From NCBI GenBank assembly GCA_964016885.1, contig OZ024761.1, positions 2,976,001-3,040,000 on the forward strand: 64,000 bases of DNA, read 5' to 3'. The DNA is from Eledone cirrhosa (Eukaryota). Shown piece by piece: positions 1-15,649 of the stretch. Every line of letters starts with the position of its first letter. Positions within the stretch are counted from its first letter, which is position 1. The notes beneath the pieces are model-generated. The model was not told the origin of the DNA, ran no database searches, and saw only the letters and a program-made list of their open reading frames with translations. A program made the translations under genes and the position numbers.

Positions 1-30
<30 letters not shown>

Positions 31-31
<1 letters not shown>

Positions 32-105
32 TGTTTCTACTTTTGGCACAAGGGCAGCAATTATCCCAGTGTATTACTGGTACTTTATTTTATCGACCCC
101 GTAAG
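31..105 (-). mobile_element. 3' fragment of tRNA-derived SINE (family A) with (ATT)n tail at 1-30
   Basis: Reverse complement matches the 3' half of the copy at 62195-62376 (cttacggggtcgataaaataaagtaccagtaa...ccttgtgccaaaagtagaaacaa), followed by (ATT)n. Confidence 0.85.
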
Positions 106-202
106 CTTGATATTCATTTGAACAAACTTTCCAGTTAAATAACAGCAATGACTGGGACCCAAAGAATAATAATAATAATAATGATGATGATGATGATGAT
201 GA

Positions 203-252
203 TGACCAAAAATGGTTTTAGTTATCATCATAACTAAAACCATTTTTGGTCA
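203..252. repeat. Perfect 23-bp inverted repeat with 4-nt loop
   Basis: tgaccaaaaatggttttagttat-catc-ataactaaaaccatttttggtca, next to (GAT)n. Confidence 0.9.
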
Positions 253-435
253 CGTGACTTGTCTAGTTTCCAATAATTATTTCGGTGTAAACAGCATCAC
301 CTCAAGTAGACAATATTGACAAGAGAGTTGTCGCAAGACAGACTCCCGTGTTTGCTTTAGAAAAATAAAGATATGACGAATATCTGAGTTATAGTAACGA
401 CTGTGTCGGTTGTAGAATATGTCTAGATTGATATG

Positions 436-632
436 GTGATTGGGGTGGCTATGGGGAGGGATAGAGAGGGGGTGGGGATATTGAGGGGTGGTGATGGTTG
501 GGGAGAGGGGGTGGGGATATTGAGGGCTGGTGATGGTTGGGGAGAGGGGGTGGGTATTGAGGGGTGGTGATGGTTAGGGAGAGGGGGTGGGGGATACTGA
601 TGGGTGGTGTTGGTTAGGGAGAGGGGTGGTGA
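436..632 (+). repeat. G-rich ~37-39 bp tandem repeat, about 5 copies
   Basis: Repeating ggggagagggggtggggatattgaggggtggtgatggtt. Confidence 0.8.
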
Positions 633-917
633 CGTTTATGGAGGGAGAAGAAGGAGGGTTATTCTCTCTCTCTTTCTATATATATATGTGCGTGTGCATA
701 AAATCGCGACCACGGCGCCAACCGGTCAGTACATCTCTCTATACCCGCTCTACATTATACTCCCATGATACTCTCCTCGGTCTCACCACCACACACTCTC
801 TCAACAAACCTGCTCTATTCAAAGAGCAGCTGCTTTCTGTCAGCTTGTAATAAAATGTTCTAAGAAACGCCGTATGTCAACATGGCGCCCGTAGGACTCC
901 TTCGTTGGTTACGTCTT

Positions 918-3900
918 CACACCATACCATACCATACCATACTACACCACACTATACCACACTATACTACAACACACTATACCACACTACACTACACCAT
1001 ACTATACCACATTACACTACACCACACTATACCACACCACACCACACCACACCACACTACACCATACCATACCATACTACACCACACCATACCATACCAT
1101 ACTATACCACACTATACCACACTATACTACAACACACTATACCACACTACACTACACCATACTATACCACATTACACTACACCACACTATACCACACCAC
1201 ACCACACCACACCACACTACACCATACCATACCATACTACACCACACTATACCACACTATACTACACCAAACCATACCATACTACACTACACCACACTAT
1301 ACCACACTATACTACACCACACTATACCACACTACACTACACCACACTATACCACACCACACTATACCACACCACACCACACCACACCATACCACACCAC
1401 ACTACACCACACTATACCACACCACACCACACTACACCATACCACACTACACTACACCACACTATACCACACTACACCACACTACACCATACCATACCAT
1501 ACTACACCACACTATACCACACCACACCACACTATACCACACCACACTACACCACACCACACCACACTACACCATACCATACCATACTACACCACACTAT
1601 ACCACACCACACCACACCACACCACACCACACTACACCATACCATACCATACTACACCACACTATACCACACTACACTACACCACACTACACCACACCAC
1701 ACCACACTACACCATACCATACCATACTACACCACACTATACCACACCACACCACACTACACCATACCACACCACACTACACCACACTATACCACACCAC
1801 ACCACACTACACCACACCATACCATACCACACCACACCACACTACACCATACCACACCACACTACACCACACTATACCACACCACACCACACTATACCAC
1901 ACTACACCACACCACACCACACTACACCATACCATACCATACTACACCACACTATACCACACTACACTACACCACACTACACCACACCACACCACACTAC
2001 ACCATACCATACCATACTACACCACACTATACCACACTATACCACACCACTCCACACTACAACATACCATACCATACTACACCACACTATACTACACCAC
2101 ACTATACCACACCACACCACACTACACCATACCATACTATACTACACCACACTATACCACACCACACCACACTATACCACACTACACCACACCACACCAC
2201 ACTACACCATACCATACCATACTACACCACACTATACCACACTACACCACACCACACCACACCACACCACACCACACCACACCACACCACACCACACCAC
2301 ACCACACCATACCATACCATACTACACCACACTATACCACACTACACCACACCACACCACACCACACCACACCACACCACACCACACCACACCACACCAC
2401 ACCACACTACACCATACCATACCATACTACACCACACTATACCACACCACACCACACTATACCACACTACACCACACCACACCACACCACACCACACCAC
2501 ACCACACCACACCACACCACACCATACCATACCATACCACACTACACTACACCACACTATACCACACCACACCACACTACACCATACCACACCACACTAC
2601 ACCACACCACACCACACTACACCATACCATACCATACTACACCACACTATACCACACCACACCACACTATACCACACCACACCACACCACACCACACCAC
2701 ACCACACCACACCACACCATACCATACCATACCACACTACACTACACCACACTATACCACACCACACCACACTACACCATACCATACCATACTACACCAC
2801 ACTATACCACACCACACCACACCACACCACACCACACCACACCACACCACACCACACCACACCACACCACACCACACCACACCATACCATACCATACTAC
2901 ACCACACTATACCACACCACACCACACCACACCACACCACACCACACCACACCACACCACACCACACCACACCACACCACACCACACCATACCATACCAT
3001 ACTACACCACACCACACCACACTACACCACACCACACCACACCACACCACACACACACACCACACCACACCACACCACACCACACCACACCACACCACAC
3101 CACACCACACCACACCACACCACACCACACCACACCATACCATACCATACTACACCACACTATACCATACCATACTACACCACACTATACTGCACCACAC
3201 CACACCACACCACACCACACCACACCACACTACACCATACCATACCATACTACACCACACTATACCACACTATACTGCACCACACCACACCACACCACAC
3301 CACACCACACCACACTACACCATACCATACCATACTACACCACACTATACCATACTATACTACACCACACTATACTGCACCACACCACACCACACCACAC
3401 CACACCACACCACACTACACCATACCATACCATACTACACCACACTATACCACACTACACTACACCACACTATACCACACCACACCACACTACACCATAC
3501 CATACCATACTACACCACACTACACCACACCACACCACACTACACCATACCATACCATACTACACCACACTATACCACACTACACCACACTATACCACAC
3601 TACACCACACTATACCACACCACTCCACACTACAACATACCATACCATACTATACCACACTATACTACACCACACTATACCACACCACACCACACCACAC
3701 CACACTACACCATACCATACCATACTACACCACACTATACCATACTATACTACACCACACTATACCACACCACACCACACTACACCATACCATACCATAC
3801 TACACCACACTATACCATACTATACCACACCACACCACACCACACCACACCACACCACACTACACCATACCATACTACACCACACCACACTACACTACAC

Positions 3901-4131
3901 TGCATTACACTACACCGCACTACATTACACCAAACTACCCCACACTACCCCACACTACATCACATCACATCACATCACATCACATCACATCACATCACAT
4001 CACATCACATCGCATCGCATCGCATCGCATCGCATCGCATCACATCACATCACATCACATCACATCACATCACATCACATCACATCACATCACATCACAC
4101 TACATCACATCACATCACATCACATCACATC
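918..4131. repeat. Pentanucleotide array (CACCA/TACCA/CACTA variants) grading into (CACAT)n/(CGCAT)n
   Basis: Direct reading; explains the H/T/P/Y-rich ORFs of about 1000 aa. Confidence 0.95.
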
Positions 4132-4369
4132 ATGCCATTAATGATGGTAGTTTAGTGTCCCGGGTTTGAGGCCTTCCAGGTCTTCTTTTGAAATATATAC
4201 AACAACACAACAACAGCAACAACAACGATATGACGGTAACAAACCAAAGTAAAAGCGAACATTTGTTGTCAAAGAGCTGAGGAATGTCTTTGATCAATGG
4301 CGCTTATAAAAAGATTCACTCCCCTTTGGGAGAGATCGTTAAGAAACTTGGAGATTATTAAAGGAACGG

Positions 4370-4832
4370 AAAAATGGTTGTTAGAGTGGTTCCACTTAAC
4401 TATTACGTCATGGCGTCTGTAAGGTCCACGTAACTTTGGGGCTAATGTGGGAAGCCTCTACACGGTTGCATTACTTGCTAGAAACAACAGCCTAGTTTAT
4501 ATCAAATCGCATCCTACAGCCTTGAAAAAAGTTGTAGTGCACATTGAACATCGAACACCCTAATCCTTGGGGATTGGGGTGTTCGATCCACGTTCATAAG
4601 ATCATGAGTTTGATTCTGGGTGGCGCATTGTGCCCTTAAGCAAAACCCTTTATTTCATGTCGCTCCCCTCCACTTAAGTAGCCAATCGTCTGAGTCGTGA
4701 GAACGTTGGATAGAATTAGTTGTGGTAATTGTTTTGGCTCTCTTCTTTCTCTGGGTTCAAATCCCACCGAGGTCAACTTATCCATTCATCCATTCAAGGT
4801 CGATAAAAAAAAGTACCAGTTTAATACTGGGT
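4370..4832 (+). mobile_element. Cluster of old, diverged SINE fragments
   Basis: 4570-4700 resembles the SINE at 32065 (gagtttgattctgg...ccttaagcaaaaccctttatttcatgtcgctcc). 4750-4832 resembles family A (gttcaaatcccaccgaggtcaac...gtcgataaa...aagtaccagt). Confidence 0.55.
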
Positions 4833-5224
4833 TGATTCTTCTTCTATATCTCTCACTTCTTCTCTCACTCTCTCTATCCTTGTCTGGGAAGAAATCTGCT
4901 GGAGAGGGGATGGGTTATCCCAGGGTTAAAAAATTGCCCTAGAAACCCCGCATGTCTTATATGGTGGCCACACCTCTCCCTCGGGAGTTAAGGGTACAGG
5001 TACCCCCCCCCCCCCCCCCAACTAACTTGCAATAATGAATTATACCTGTAATTAAAAGGGACAGTCATGGCACAGACACGTGTATGTAGAATGCTCGGCC
5101 ACGTATAGGTTTATTTCACGTGCAGGCTGTTCGGAAGTTTGAACAACTAAACTCCTCGTTTAAGTTAGAAATCAAATATGGGATGTAACCCAATACAGTA
5201 CAGTCGAATTTATTTACAGCTCTA

Positions 5225-5569
5225 TAAATAATAATAATAATAATAATAATGGTGGCGGTGGCGGCGGCGTCAGCAGCAATAATAGTAGTAGTAGTGGTAG
5301 GGGTAGTTTTGGTAGTGGGAGTAGTGGTAGTGGTAGTAGTAGTAGTAGTGGTAGTGGTAGTAGTAGTGGTGGTGATAGTGGTAGTAGTGGTAGTGGTAGT
5401 AGTGGTGGTAGTGGTATTAGTAGTAGTAGTGGTAGTGGTATTAGTAGTAGTAGTGGTAGTGGTAGTAGTAGTGGTAGTGGTAGTGGGAGTAGTGGTAGTG
5501 GTAGTAGTGGTAGTTTGAGTAGTGGTAGTAGTAGTGGTAGTGGTGGTGGTAGTAATAGTGGTGGTGTTG

Positions 5570-5621
<52 letters not shown>

Positions 5622-5622
5622 C

Positions 5623-5687
<65 letters not shown>

Positions 5688-5764
5688 CAGTAGTGGTAGT
5701 AGTAGTGGCAGTAGTGGTAGTAGTAGTAGTGGTAGTAGTGGCAGTAGTGGTAGTAGTAGTAGTG

Positions 5765-5822
<58 letters not shown>

Positions 5823-5878
5823 CAGTAGTGGTAGTAGTAGTAGTGGTAGTAGTGGCAGTAGTGGTAGTAGTAGTAGTG

Positions 5879-5942
<64 letters not shown>

Positions 5943-6003
5943 CAGTAGTGGTAGTAGTAGTAGTGGTAGTAGTAGTAGTGGTAGTAGTAGTAGTTGTTGT
6001 AGT
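5225..6003. repeat. (AAT)n then (AGT/GGT)n trinucleotide array
   Basis: Direct reading; source of the poly-V and poly-S ORFs. Confidence 0.95.
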
Positions 6004-6516
6004 GTTAGAAAAAGAAAGTTAGATGAAAATTAAGGATAAAGAGAACGAAAAAAAAAAGAAAGTAAAAGGAAAGAAGTTAGAATTAAAGGAGGGGGAGAGA
6101 ATGGAAGGATGATGAGGGAGAGGAGAAAAGGGGGAAGGTGAAGGTGGTGGTTGAGGGTGAAGGAGGAGGGTGGTAGAGGAGGGTGGAGGAATGTTGTGGG
6201 GGAGGAAGGTAAGGGTCGAGGGGGTGGAAGACGGTGGGGGAAGGCGAAGGTGGTAGAAGGTGAAGCAGGAGGCAGGTGAGGGGGAGGGGTGATGGGGGGA
6301 GGGAGGTAGAGGAAGGTGAAGGAAGAATCCCATGTCTATTACGGAATGCAATTCCCGAGTATTCAGCAGTGCACCAGTGCAATCTATTATAGTAGAAAAT
6401 GTATTTTAGACTAAAATCAATAATTGTGGAAAATTGTGTTTCCGGTGTTTTTAAAGAAACAAATCTTGTTGAGAACTGGAAGACTTTCAGTTTAATCTAA
6501 ACTAATTATTTTAGCG

Positions 6517-6620
<104 letters not shown>

Positions 6621-6747
6621 AAAGTTATATTTAAATTGTTGGGTTACAACTAGTAAATATTTATAACTGATATAAAAGCACTCGACAAGTATTTGGAGTA
6701 TATTTACGATATTAAATAAATGGAAACTATATTTATAAAACCATATT

Positions 6748-6813
6748 TATTTCATTATATATATTTCAGGGATATCATATTAACAATATGCTATGCCTTC
6801 CTCAGAGAAAATA
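6748..6813 (-). ncRNA. Minimal type I hammerhead ribozyme motif (inverted copy)
   Basis: Reverse complement of 6952-7017 with one change in stem I. Confidence 0.65.
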
Positions 6814-6951
6814 CAATATAAACAGTTTTATAGATAAATAGATTTGACATACCGTACAACATCGACTTGTATTTGAAAAGTTGAATTGGCAGATACAAGT
6901 CGATGTTGTACGGTATGTCAAATCTATTTATCTATAAAACTGTTTATATTG

Positions 6952-7017
6952 TATTTTGTCTGAGGAAGGCATAGCATATTGTTAATATGATATCCCTGAA
7001 ATATATATAATGAAATA
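6952..7017 (+). ncRNA. Minimal type I hammerhead ribozyme motif
   Basis: Stem I tattttgt/atgaaata; core CTGAGGA; stem II agg-ata-catatt/aatatg-tat-cct; GAAA; palindromic stem III TATATA; cleavage triplet AUA. Confidence 0.7.
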
Positions 7018-7057
7018 AATATGGTTTTATAAATATAGTTTCCATTTATTTAATATC

Positions 7058-7109
<52 letters not shown>

Positions 7110-7309
7110 GTGAGGTTTTTTTACAAAATGAAAAATAACCGAGGTGTCTTACACGAGTGAAAGTATAAAGAAAAAAAGATGAAATCGAAAATGCAACTGG
7201 AGTCTTATTTTTAAAAAAATATTTATATATTTGGTTCCTTTACCGGTTTTGCAGTTCTTCTGCTTTTCAAAAGTAGAGTTGAGATGGCGGGTCCGTGGTT
7301 TTTCTCACA

Positions 7310-7384
<75 letters not shown>

Positions 7385-7569
7385 TAAAAACAATGAATAA
7401 AAACAAAGAAACAGTTCCTTATATTAAAAAATTCATCATTTTACGATCGTTTCTAGGATGTATATGTGTGTGTTGGTATGTATATCATATAGATCATGAT
7501 TACATTGAGTTCATACGGATTGGACACTACCGTATATTTTTGGTAGATTTATCTACACACACACACACC

Positions 7570-7615
<46 letters not shown>

Positions 7616-7705
7616 GTGTGTATAGTCTGTTTAGTCTAATTATATGACCTTTGGTCATTTTATATATATATTATATATATCTGTATATATATATATATAT
7701 ATATG

Positions 7706-7743
<38 letters not shown>

Positions 7744-8132
7744 TATATATGTGTGTGTGTATATATATATATATGTGGATATATATATATATGTGTATAT
7801 ATATATATGTGTGTATATATATGTATGTATATAAATTTATATATGTGTATATATACATATGTGTGTATGTATGTATATAAATATATATATTTATATATAT
7901 ATATGTATATATATATGTATGTATATAAATATATATATATATTTATATAGTTGTTATATAGTAAGGTGTATTATTGGTTGTTATACAGTCCAATAAACTT
8001 TTGTTAGCAATATTAAGTTCTCCACACTTTTGTATATCTCCAATTCCATTTATGGTAACAGCTAGATGATGTAAAACGGAGTATTTGTATCAAAATAAAT
8101 CCGAAGGCATGGTATAAATTATCAATCATTTT

Positions 8133-8210
8133 AATCACGACACATGTTTCAATAAGAGATAGCTCGATCGTGTGGTCATGATCGATTATCACTGATCTCA
8201 TCGGGTGAAT
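8133..8210 (-). ncRNA. Degenerate hammerhead-like motif
   Basis: attcac-CCGATGA-long stem II-GAAA-catgtg-TC-gtgatt; core has a U-to-C change. Confidence 0.45.
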
Positions 8211-8562
8211 AATGAAATTGAAATGTCTTCAAATCTTTGACATGGGGAAGGGAAAACTAACGATGTTCACTCACTAGAGATTTGTTCCCCATATGAAGAT
8301 TCAGCAGCCAAAACACGCCAACTGTTATCGTCTTCAGTCAGGGTCATAAATCTATCAAGTCTCTATCTCTCAATAGCTGTAAAAGACGCTGGACAGGTCT
8401 AATCTCACCATCAAATCTGTAGAATTTCGGTCGGACACAATTAGTGTGAGTGAGTACACACACACACTCACGCACACACCGACGCGAGTTCAGAGAAAAA
8501 ATATATACACCAACACAGTATGCACCGAAAGTTAGGTTACACAACAAGAATATGTTGATATA

Positions 8563-8747
<185 letters not shown>

Positions 8748-8966
8748 ATATGTATTTATATATATAGTATTAAGGATACTATTTATGGTTATGTATATAC
8801 TAAAACCTTTTATAGTTATATATTTTTAAACCTTAAATAGTGATAGACAGTAATTTATTACTACATTATTACCAGTAAGATAAATAGCTCAATGTAATAA
8901 CATCAGTTGTTCTACAGAGCAGTTATATAGAAATTACATGAATCAAAGTTCTGATCAAACCATTTA

Positions 8967-9016
8967 TTCGCTTACAATTGTTTCTTCCAAACCGAGGTTT
9001 GGAGTCTTCGGAGCAA
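8967..9016 (-). ncRNA. Minimal hammerhead-like motif
   Basis: ttgct-CCGAAGA-c-tccaaacc-tc-ggtttgga-a-GAAA-caattg-TA-agcga; all three stems pair; core has a U-to-C change. Confidence 0.55.
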
Positions 9017-9191
9017 TTTTTCAATGATTGTTTACATACATGACCTCCTTTCCAACACAAGAGACATACAGAAACATATGTATATATTGACGCTCATTGG
9101 GTTGACATCCATTATAATATTTTAGCATGGCAATTTACATTCAAAGATTAAAGTCATATTATATTTATATATATTTATATATTTATATACA

Positions 9192-9237
<46 letters not shown>

Positions 9238-9385
9238 TATGACCAAAGATTAATATAGTTCATTGATTACTCAATGAATACAGTTTTACAATAGATTAAA
9301 AGCACGCTACAGTTAAATATTCCTGGAGTTTTAATATTATTCAAAGTATTAACAAATGAAGATATTCACATAATCAAAATATATG

Positions 9386-9448
9386 CTTTATTATATATAT
9401 TTCGAAGGTACTGTGTTGTTTTTTCCAGTACGTCCTCATCAGATAAAA
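9386..9448 (-). ncRNA. Minimal type I hammerhead motif in the PLE terminal repeat
   Basis: ttttat-CTGATGA-gga-gtactg/cagtac-ttc-GAAA-tatata-TA-ataaag. Confidence 0.7.
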
Positions 9449-9840
9449 TATATGATTTGATATATGACATACCTCTACGGTCTTGATATTTCAATTCCAG
9501 TATTATAAAAACCCTAGAAAATGCTATTTTCATCATTTCTAAAAATAGCAAAACAATTGATGCTTTGGATAGGGTCAAATAGAAGTTGTTAAACATGCTC
9601 AACCAACCGTGACGCCTAAACCAATCAGCTTTAGTAATCCAGTAAAACTACACACCGATTGGTCGAAATACAGTTTATAACCAGTTTTATGTAAAGCATT
9701 ATTATAATATACCGCTTTGCTATTAAATATGGATCTACCCCAGTTTATGGAAAAGGTAATGAAGGCCTGAGTTCAAATTAAGAGTTACGTCTAAAAAATT
9801 CACTATTTTATTGTTATTTTCTACTTCTAATTTCAGGTCA

Positions 9841-10724
9841 TCTATATATATATAACTGAGGATGCCTGTCTGTGTGTGTGTGTTTGAATCCCTAAAATTC
9901 GAGAATCACCCAACCGATGCTTTCAAACTTTACACATGTAATAATTATGTTCCACGGAGTGCTCTGAGCAAAAAAAAATTTCAAATTTTCAATACCCTAT
10001 TGAATTTAGCGATCTCTCTCCATAATTCTTAGACTTTCTCTTTTTAGATATAGACATACATATATATCGCGCCGTTATAATATCTGTCTGTATGTCTGAC
10101 TGTCTGCATTACGTCACTTCCCTGAGGATGTCTGTCTGTGTGTGTGTCTGTGAGTTTGAATCCCTAAAACTCGAGAAGTACCCAACCGATCTTTTTCAAA
10201 TTTTATATGTGTATTACTTATGTTTCAGGGAGTGTTCTGCACATAAAATAATTCAACTTTTTGATCTCCTAGGTGAAAAACTGCGTTTTTAAGCTTTTTA
10301 GGGGTTTTTGAGGCGTTACGTCAGACCGATTTCCTTGAAATTGTAACTATGTATGTTCATACTGTGAGCAAAGAAAATCCAACTTTTTTATGGCCTAGGG
10401 CCTGCATTAGGCGAAAAACTTCATTTTGTTCAGCTTTTTAGGGCTTTTTAGAGGCGTTACGTCTAGCCGATTTTCCCGAAATTTCAAGGCATATTATGCA
10501 CATAAAAACAATTCATTTTCTTGATCCCTAGGGCCGGCATTAGGTGAAAACCTGCATTTTTTCCTGCTTCATCGAAGAAAATATTAAATATTATCCAGCC
10601 ATCAGAGTATTCAGTTTATTTTCTTTACATATTGTCCAGGCATGCAGTTTTTCCATGATTAAGTCTGTTGGCGGCCCGCCTTCCAAAATACCTTATCCCG
10701 TGCAACGCCGGGTACCACTGCTAG
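9841..10724 (+). mobile_element. Non-autonomous Helitron inserted in the PLE RT
   Basis: A|TCTATATATA 5' end, subterminal hairpin cccgtgcaacgccggg, CTAG|T 3' end, no TSD. Removing it restores the PLE reading frame. Confidence 0.88.
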
Positions 10725-10985
10725 TAATTTTTAAATCTATAATTTAATTCTATAATTACTTTCTTTACTCTATTTAATGCACTATTATTATGTTTTTCTA
10801 CAATAAATAATATGTCGTTTCTATATAAACCACCGGTAATCTCCGGCAGTTTTCTATTTATCATGTTAAGGATGAAAATTCCCACAAGATCGGTAACTTG
10901 CGCCGAATCAGACGAGCCCATAGTAATGTCAGAGTTCTTCAGCCTATCGGATCTAGTCCAAAGATCATTATTAAATTCTATCAAT

Positions 10986-11170
10986 TGGCGGTGAATTGGC
11001 AGTATGGATAGAGGGTCGGACGCCATGCTTTCTAGCATAGTTACGTCCCTTTACAGTCTGAGTTCAAATCCCGCCGAGGTTAACTTTGCCTTTCATCCTT
11101 ACGGGGTCGATAAAATAAAGTACCAGTTATGTACTGGGTAATTGCTGGCCTTGTGCCTAAAGTAGAAACA
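10986..11170 (+). mobile_element. tRNA-derived SINE family A, full length, 19-bp TSD
   Basis: A-box-like tggcagtatgg and B-box gttcaaatcc. TSD attattaaattctatcaat at 10967-10985 and 11171-11189. Confidence 0.92.
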
Positions 11171-11786
11171 ATTATTAAATTCTATCAATGTTCGCCTTGC
11201 CGTTAAAATAATATTTATCTCATCACTAGATAGATCCGTGTGTTTATATGCATATGATAGCGCCTGATTTAGTAGGTTAGGAGTTATTGAGGAATAAAAA
11301 CTCGCTATGTCCATTTGAATGAACTTCTGATTTTTTTTATTTTCTATATTATTGAACCAATCTAAGACTTCATTAGTGCCCTTCCATAGGTTTAGCCTTG
11401 ACCTAAATTTAAGCGTTGGTAAAATCATATCTATAATGTTTTTACTAATTATTCCGAGATCTGATTTCGAAGGTGCAATAAGTCTAACAGGTAATTCTTC
11501 TTCAAAATTACTTTTATGGTCTTTAAAATTTATTCGTGGTCGCCTTGGTATGAAGGGTTCGGTTTTCCGCTCTATTCCGAGATTAGTGATAATTTCAAAT
11601 GCATCATTATTGATATCCAATAAGTCTTCTCTTGGGGCCTTTTTGTAATTTTTTCTCAATTCTTTTAAAATTAAGTCGTTATATTTTGTTCTTTCAATCC
11701 CATATAGATTGTTTGTTTTGTCTGATTTCACTAATATTTTGTTTACTTTCTGTATGTCATTATTTTTTCCTTTAGACCTCTAAGGT

Positions 11787-11847
11787 CTAAATAAAAGTAC
11801 CAGTAATGCACTGAGTAATTGCTGGCCTTGTGCCTAAAGTAGAAACA
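11787..11847 (+). mobile_element. 5'-truncated SINE family A, 28-bp TSD
   Basis: TSD attattttttcctttagacctctaaggt at 11759-11786 and 11848-11875. Confidence 0.9.
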
Positions 11848-13310
11848 ATTATTTTTTCCTTTAGACCTCTAAGGTATTCTTGGCCTCTATATGTTTTTTT
11901 TTTAAATTTTATATTCCTTAATATATTCATAATTTCGTTTTCGAAATTAGCCAAGAGTTTGTTGTAAGGAGGATTTTTCCTAGATTTAAAAATATGCTCG
12001 AAATTGTGGTTGGTTCTTATCCGTTTTCTCTCTATTTTCAAAGTGAAAAGCATGCCACCGCAGTCTTCTTATGAAGGAGTTGGTTTGTGCAATAAGTTTT
12101 TTCATATATTCTTCGTTAGATGGTAAAGGTATATATTTAAGAGATGAAGAAATCCTGAAGAACTCCATCACTTGTTAGAAATCTATTGCAGAAGAAGCGC
12201 TCAACCTTCAGGGAGCTAAATATGACCAAAGATTAATATGGTTCATTGATTACTCAATGAATACAGTTTTACAATAGATTAAAAGCACACTACTAAGAAA
12301 AAAATATTCCTGGAGTTTTAATATTATTCAAAATATTAACAAATGAAGATATTCACATAATCAAAATATATGCTTTATTATATATATTTCGAAGGTACTG
12401 TTTTTTTTTTTTTCCAGTACGTCACTTGATTTCAGAGTAGATATATTGTTTAATGCTCAAATATGAGTTATCTTCCTTTTGTTTATATTCTTCGTAAATA
12501 TTTTTATTATGTTTGAAAAGCTTGCTATTTTAATTTTTGACATAAATTATATAGTTGAATAATATAAGAATTTCTTTAAAAGGAAACTGTAATAATTTGT
12601 AATTACTGAAGTAAATATAAATGAATGAAATAAAACTGTTGAGAGTAAATATAACTAAAATTTAATCCTGTAATTATATGATAATTAAAGATTTGAAAGA
12701 TTTTATAAAGGTGATATATGCATGTATTTTAATATACATGTTAATACAGGTTTAATAATTATTTAAATATGCTTTAAAGATAATTTTTTTAAAATTGTAA
12801 CAAAATACTTATGGAATAAATTACCTAAACCAGAAGTTAAAATCTATAATGAGTTAAATTAAATTATATAAATTTTTAATTAAATAAATATGTGAAGGCT
12901 ATGAAAAGTAATGTATATTGATTAATGTTGATATATTATATTAGTATAATTACCTTAACCATAACCAAATACTAGAGATATTCAATGGTCTATGGTAATT
13001 GATTGGTTGACTCAATTGACCTAATATTTGAAAACAACGGTTTTTTTTCTACTCTTTTGGCGTTATTTCGTCTTTCTTCCTTCTTTTTTTTCTTGTTTAT
13101 ATATATTTCTTTATCTTTTTCACCCAACTATATATTCATTGATATATGTATTTTTTTTTCTCTTTCTTTTTTTTTTTTTTTTTTGCATATCCTCTTCTTT
13201 TCACTCTCTCTTATATCTCTAATTCGCTCCACGTCCTTTTCTTCTTTAAGTTTATCATATTATTATTTGTGGTATATAAATGTTGAGATTTGATGAAATA
13301 ATTCACTGCC

Positions 13311-13464
13311 AATACTGGAACTGAAATATCAAGACCGTAGAGGTATGTCATATATCAATTCATATATTTTATCTGACGAGGACGTACTGGAAAAAAAAAC
13401 CCAGTAATATATATAATAAAGCATATATTTTGATTATGTGAATATCTTCATTTGTTAATATTTT
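13311..13464 (+). repeat. Inverted copy of the PLE terminal repeat
   Basis: Reverse complement of about 9345-9503. Hammerhead has CTGACGA but the GAAA segment is deleted. Confidence 0.85.
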
Positions 13465-13491
13465 GTGTGTGTATATATATATATACATATA

Positions 13492-14611
<1,120 letters not shown>

Positions 14612-15649
14612 GACTATCTCTGTTCTTTAGAACGATGTACAGCTCAAACTGGAGCAATGAACTCAATGCAAGTTCAGTTCATGACTGAATAGTTTGTTTT
14701 TATGTTGTGTACCAACAATTGAATTATTGATTCAATCGTCTCTAAGTAATTGAATTATCGATGAAGGATATATTTACGATCATATGATTGAAAGCCGCCA
14801 ATAAACAGAAGTCCCCGACATACAACATATAGATTAGCTTTGATGTTATTGTCTGTAGTCCCCGACATACAACATCATATAGATTAACATTGGTGTTATT
14901 GTTTGTAGTCTCCGACATACACCAATGAACCACCACCATCATCATCATCATAAATATATAAATAAGGAGGAATGGACCTGACAATTTCCCAGGTTGCTGT
15001 CAAATAATATCAATATTTACTGGAACACCCCCACCCCGAAAAGCTGGGGACAAGTTCCCGGCTTTCTGGAGCACTTAAATGGCGATGTTTCATTCTTGTT
15101 TGAATTGTCTGTATTTATGTAGCTAATGCTCGGGGGGGGGGGGGGGGGGGGTAACAAACACAATAAAGAAAACACATGAAAAACTAACATAAAAAACTAA
15201 CAATTATCTGTGAAAAAGAGAGTTTTATGAACCTAGCTGGGTTTATAAGTCATTTTGTTGGTTCCCCCCTCCCCCCACTAAGTACTAATGTAGCTTTATT
15301 GATAGTTGAGGGTTGGGGAGGTGAGAATATATCACTGGATAGAGATATACAGAGCTGTGGCTGTGGCTTCATGAAACATAGGTTGATTAATAGAGAGAGA
15401 GAGAGAGAGAGAGAAATAAGATCAAAGAGAAAGAGAGGGAGAGAGAGAAATAAGATGAAAGAGGGAGAGATGAAAGAGAGATGAAAGAGAGAGTAATAAG
15501 ATGAGAGAGAAATAAGATAAGAGAGAGAGATAAGATGAGAGAGAGGGAAAGACAGAGAGAGAGAAGATGAAAGAGAAATATATATAAAGGAGATAAAAGA
15601 GATTAAAAGAGAGGGGGGGGAGAAGACGAGAGATTGAGATACAAGAAAT

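Larger units (their letters stand above)
6705..7060. repeat. 168-bp near-perfect inverted repeat (20-nt spacer), PLE-terminal-type, between (TA)n tracts
   Basis: Arms 6705-6872 and 6893-7060 are reverse complements; I found one mismatch. Each arm carries a hammerhead motif. Confidence 0.92.
9237..12425 (-). mobile_element. Penelope-like retroelement remnant, Naiad-like RT, with direct terminal repeats
   Basis: Joined minus-strand peptide has SLKYIPLPS..FIRRLRWHAF, KSDKTNNLY, PVRLIAPSKSDLG, FIQMDIASFYSSI, DITMGSSDSAQVTDLVG, GLYRND and, across the Helitron, FKNYDLKLEVENNNKIVNFLDVTLNL. Repeat 9237-9434 recurs at 12220-12424. Frameshifted; no GIY-YIG domain seen. Clade assigned from remembered motifs. 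Confidence 0.8.

Noticed and set aside
882-4169. 1095-aa and 1078-aa His/Thr/Pro/Tyr-rich ORFs (also 58759-60756)
   Set aside because: Pentamer repeat lacking stop codons in several frames; no unique domain.
5249-6033. Poly-Val and poly-Ser ORFs (also 49700-50784)
   Set aside because: Trinucleotide microsatellites.
13290-13330. SECIS element for the Naiad-like PLE
   Set aside because: ATGA and TGA are present but no convincing helix; no Sec codon visible.
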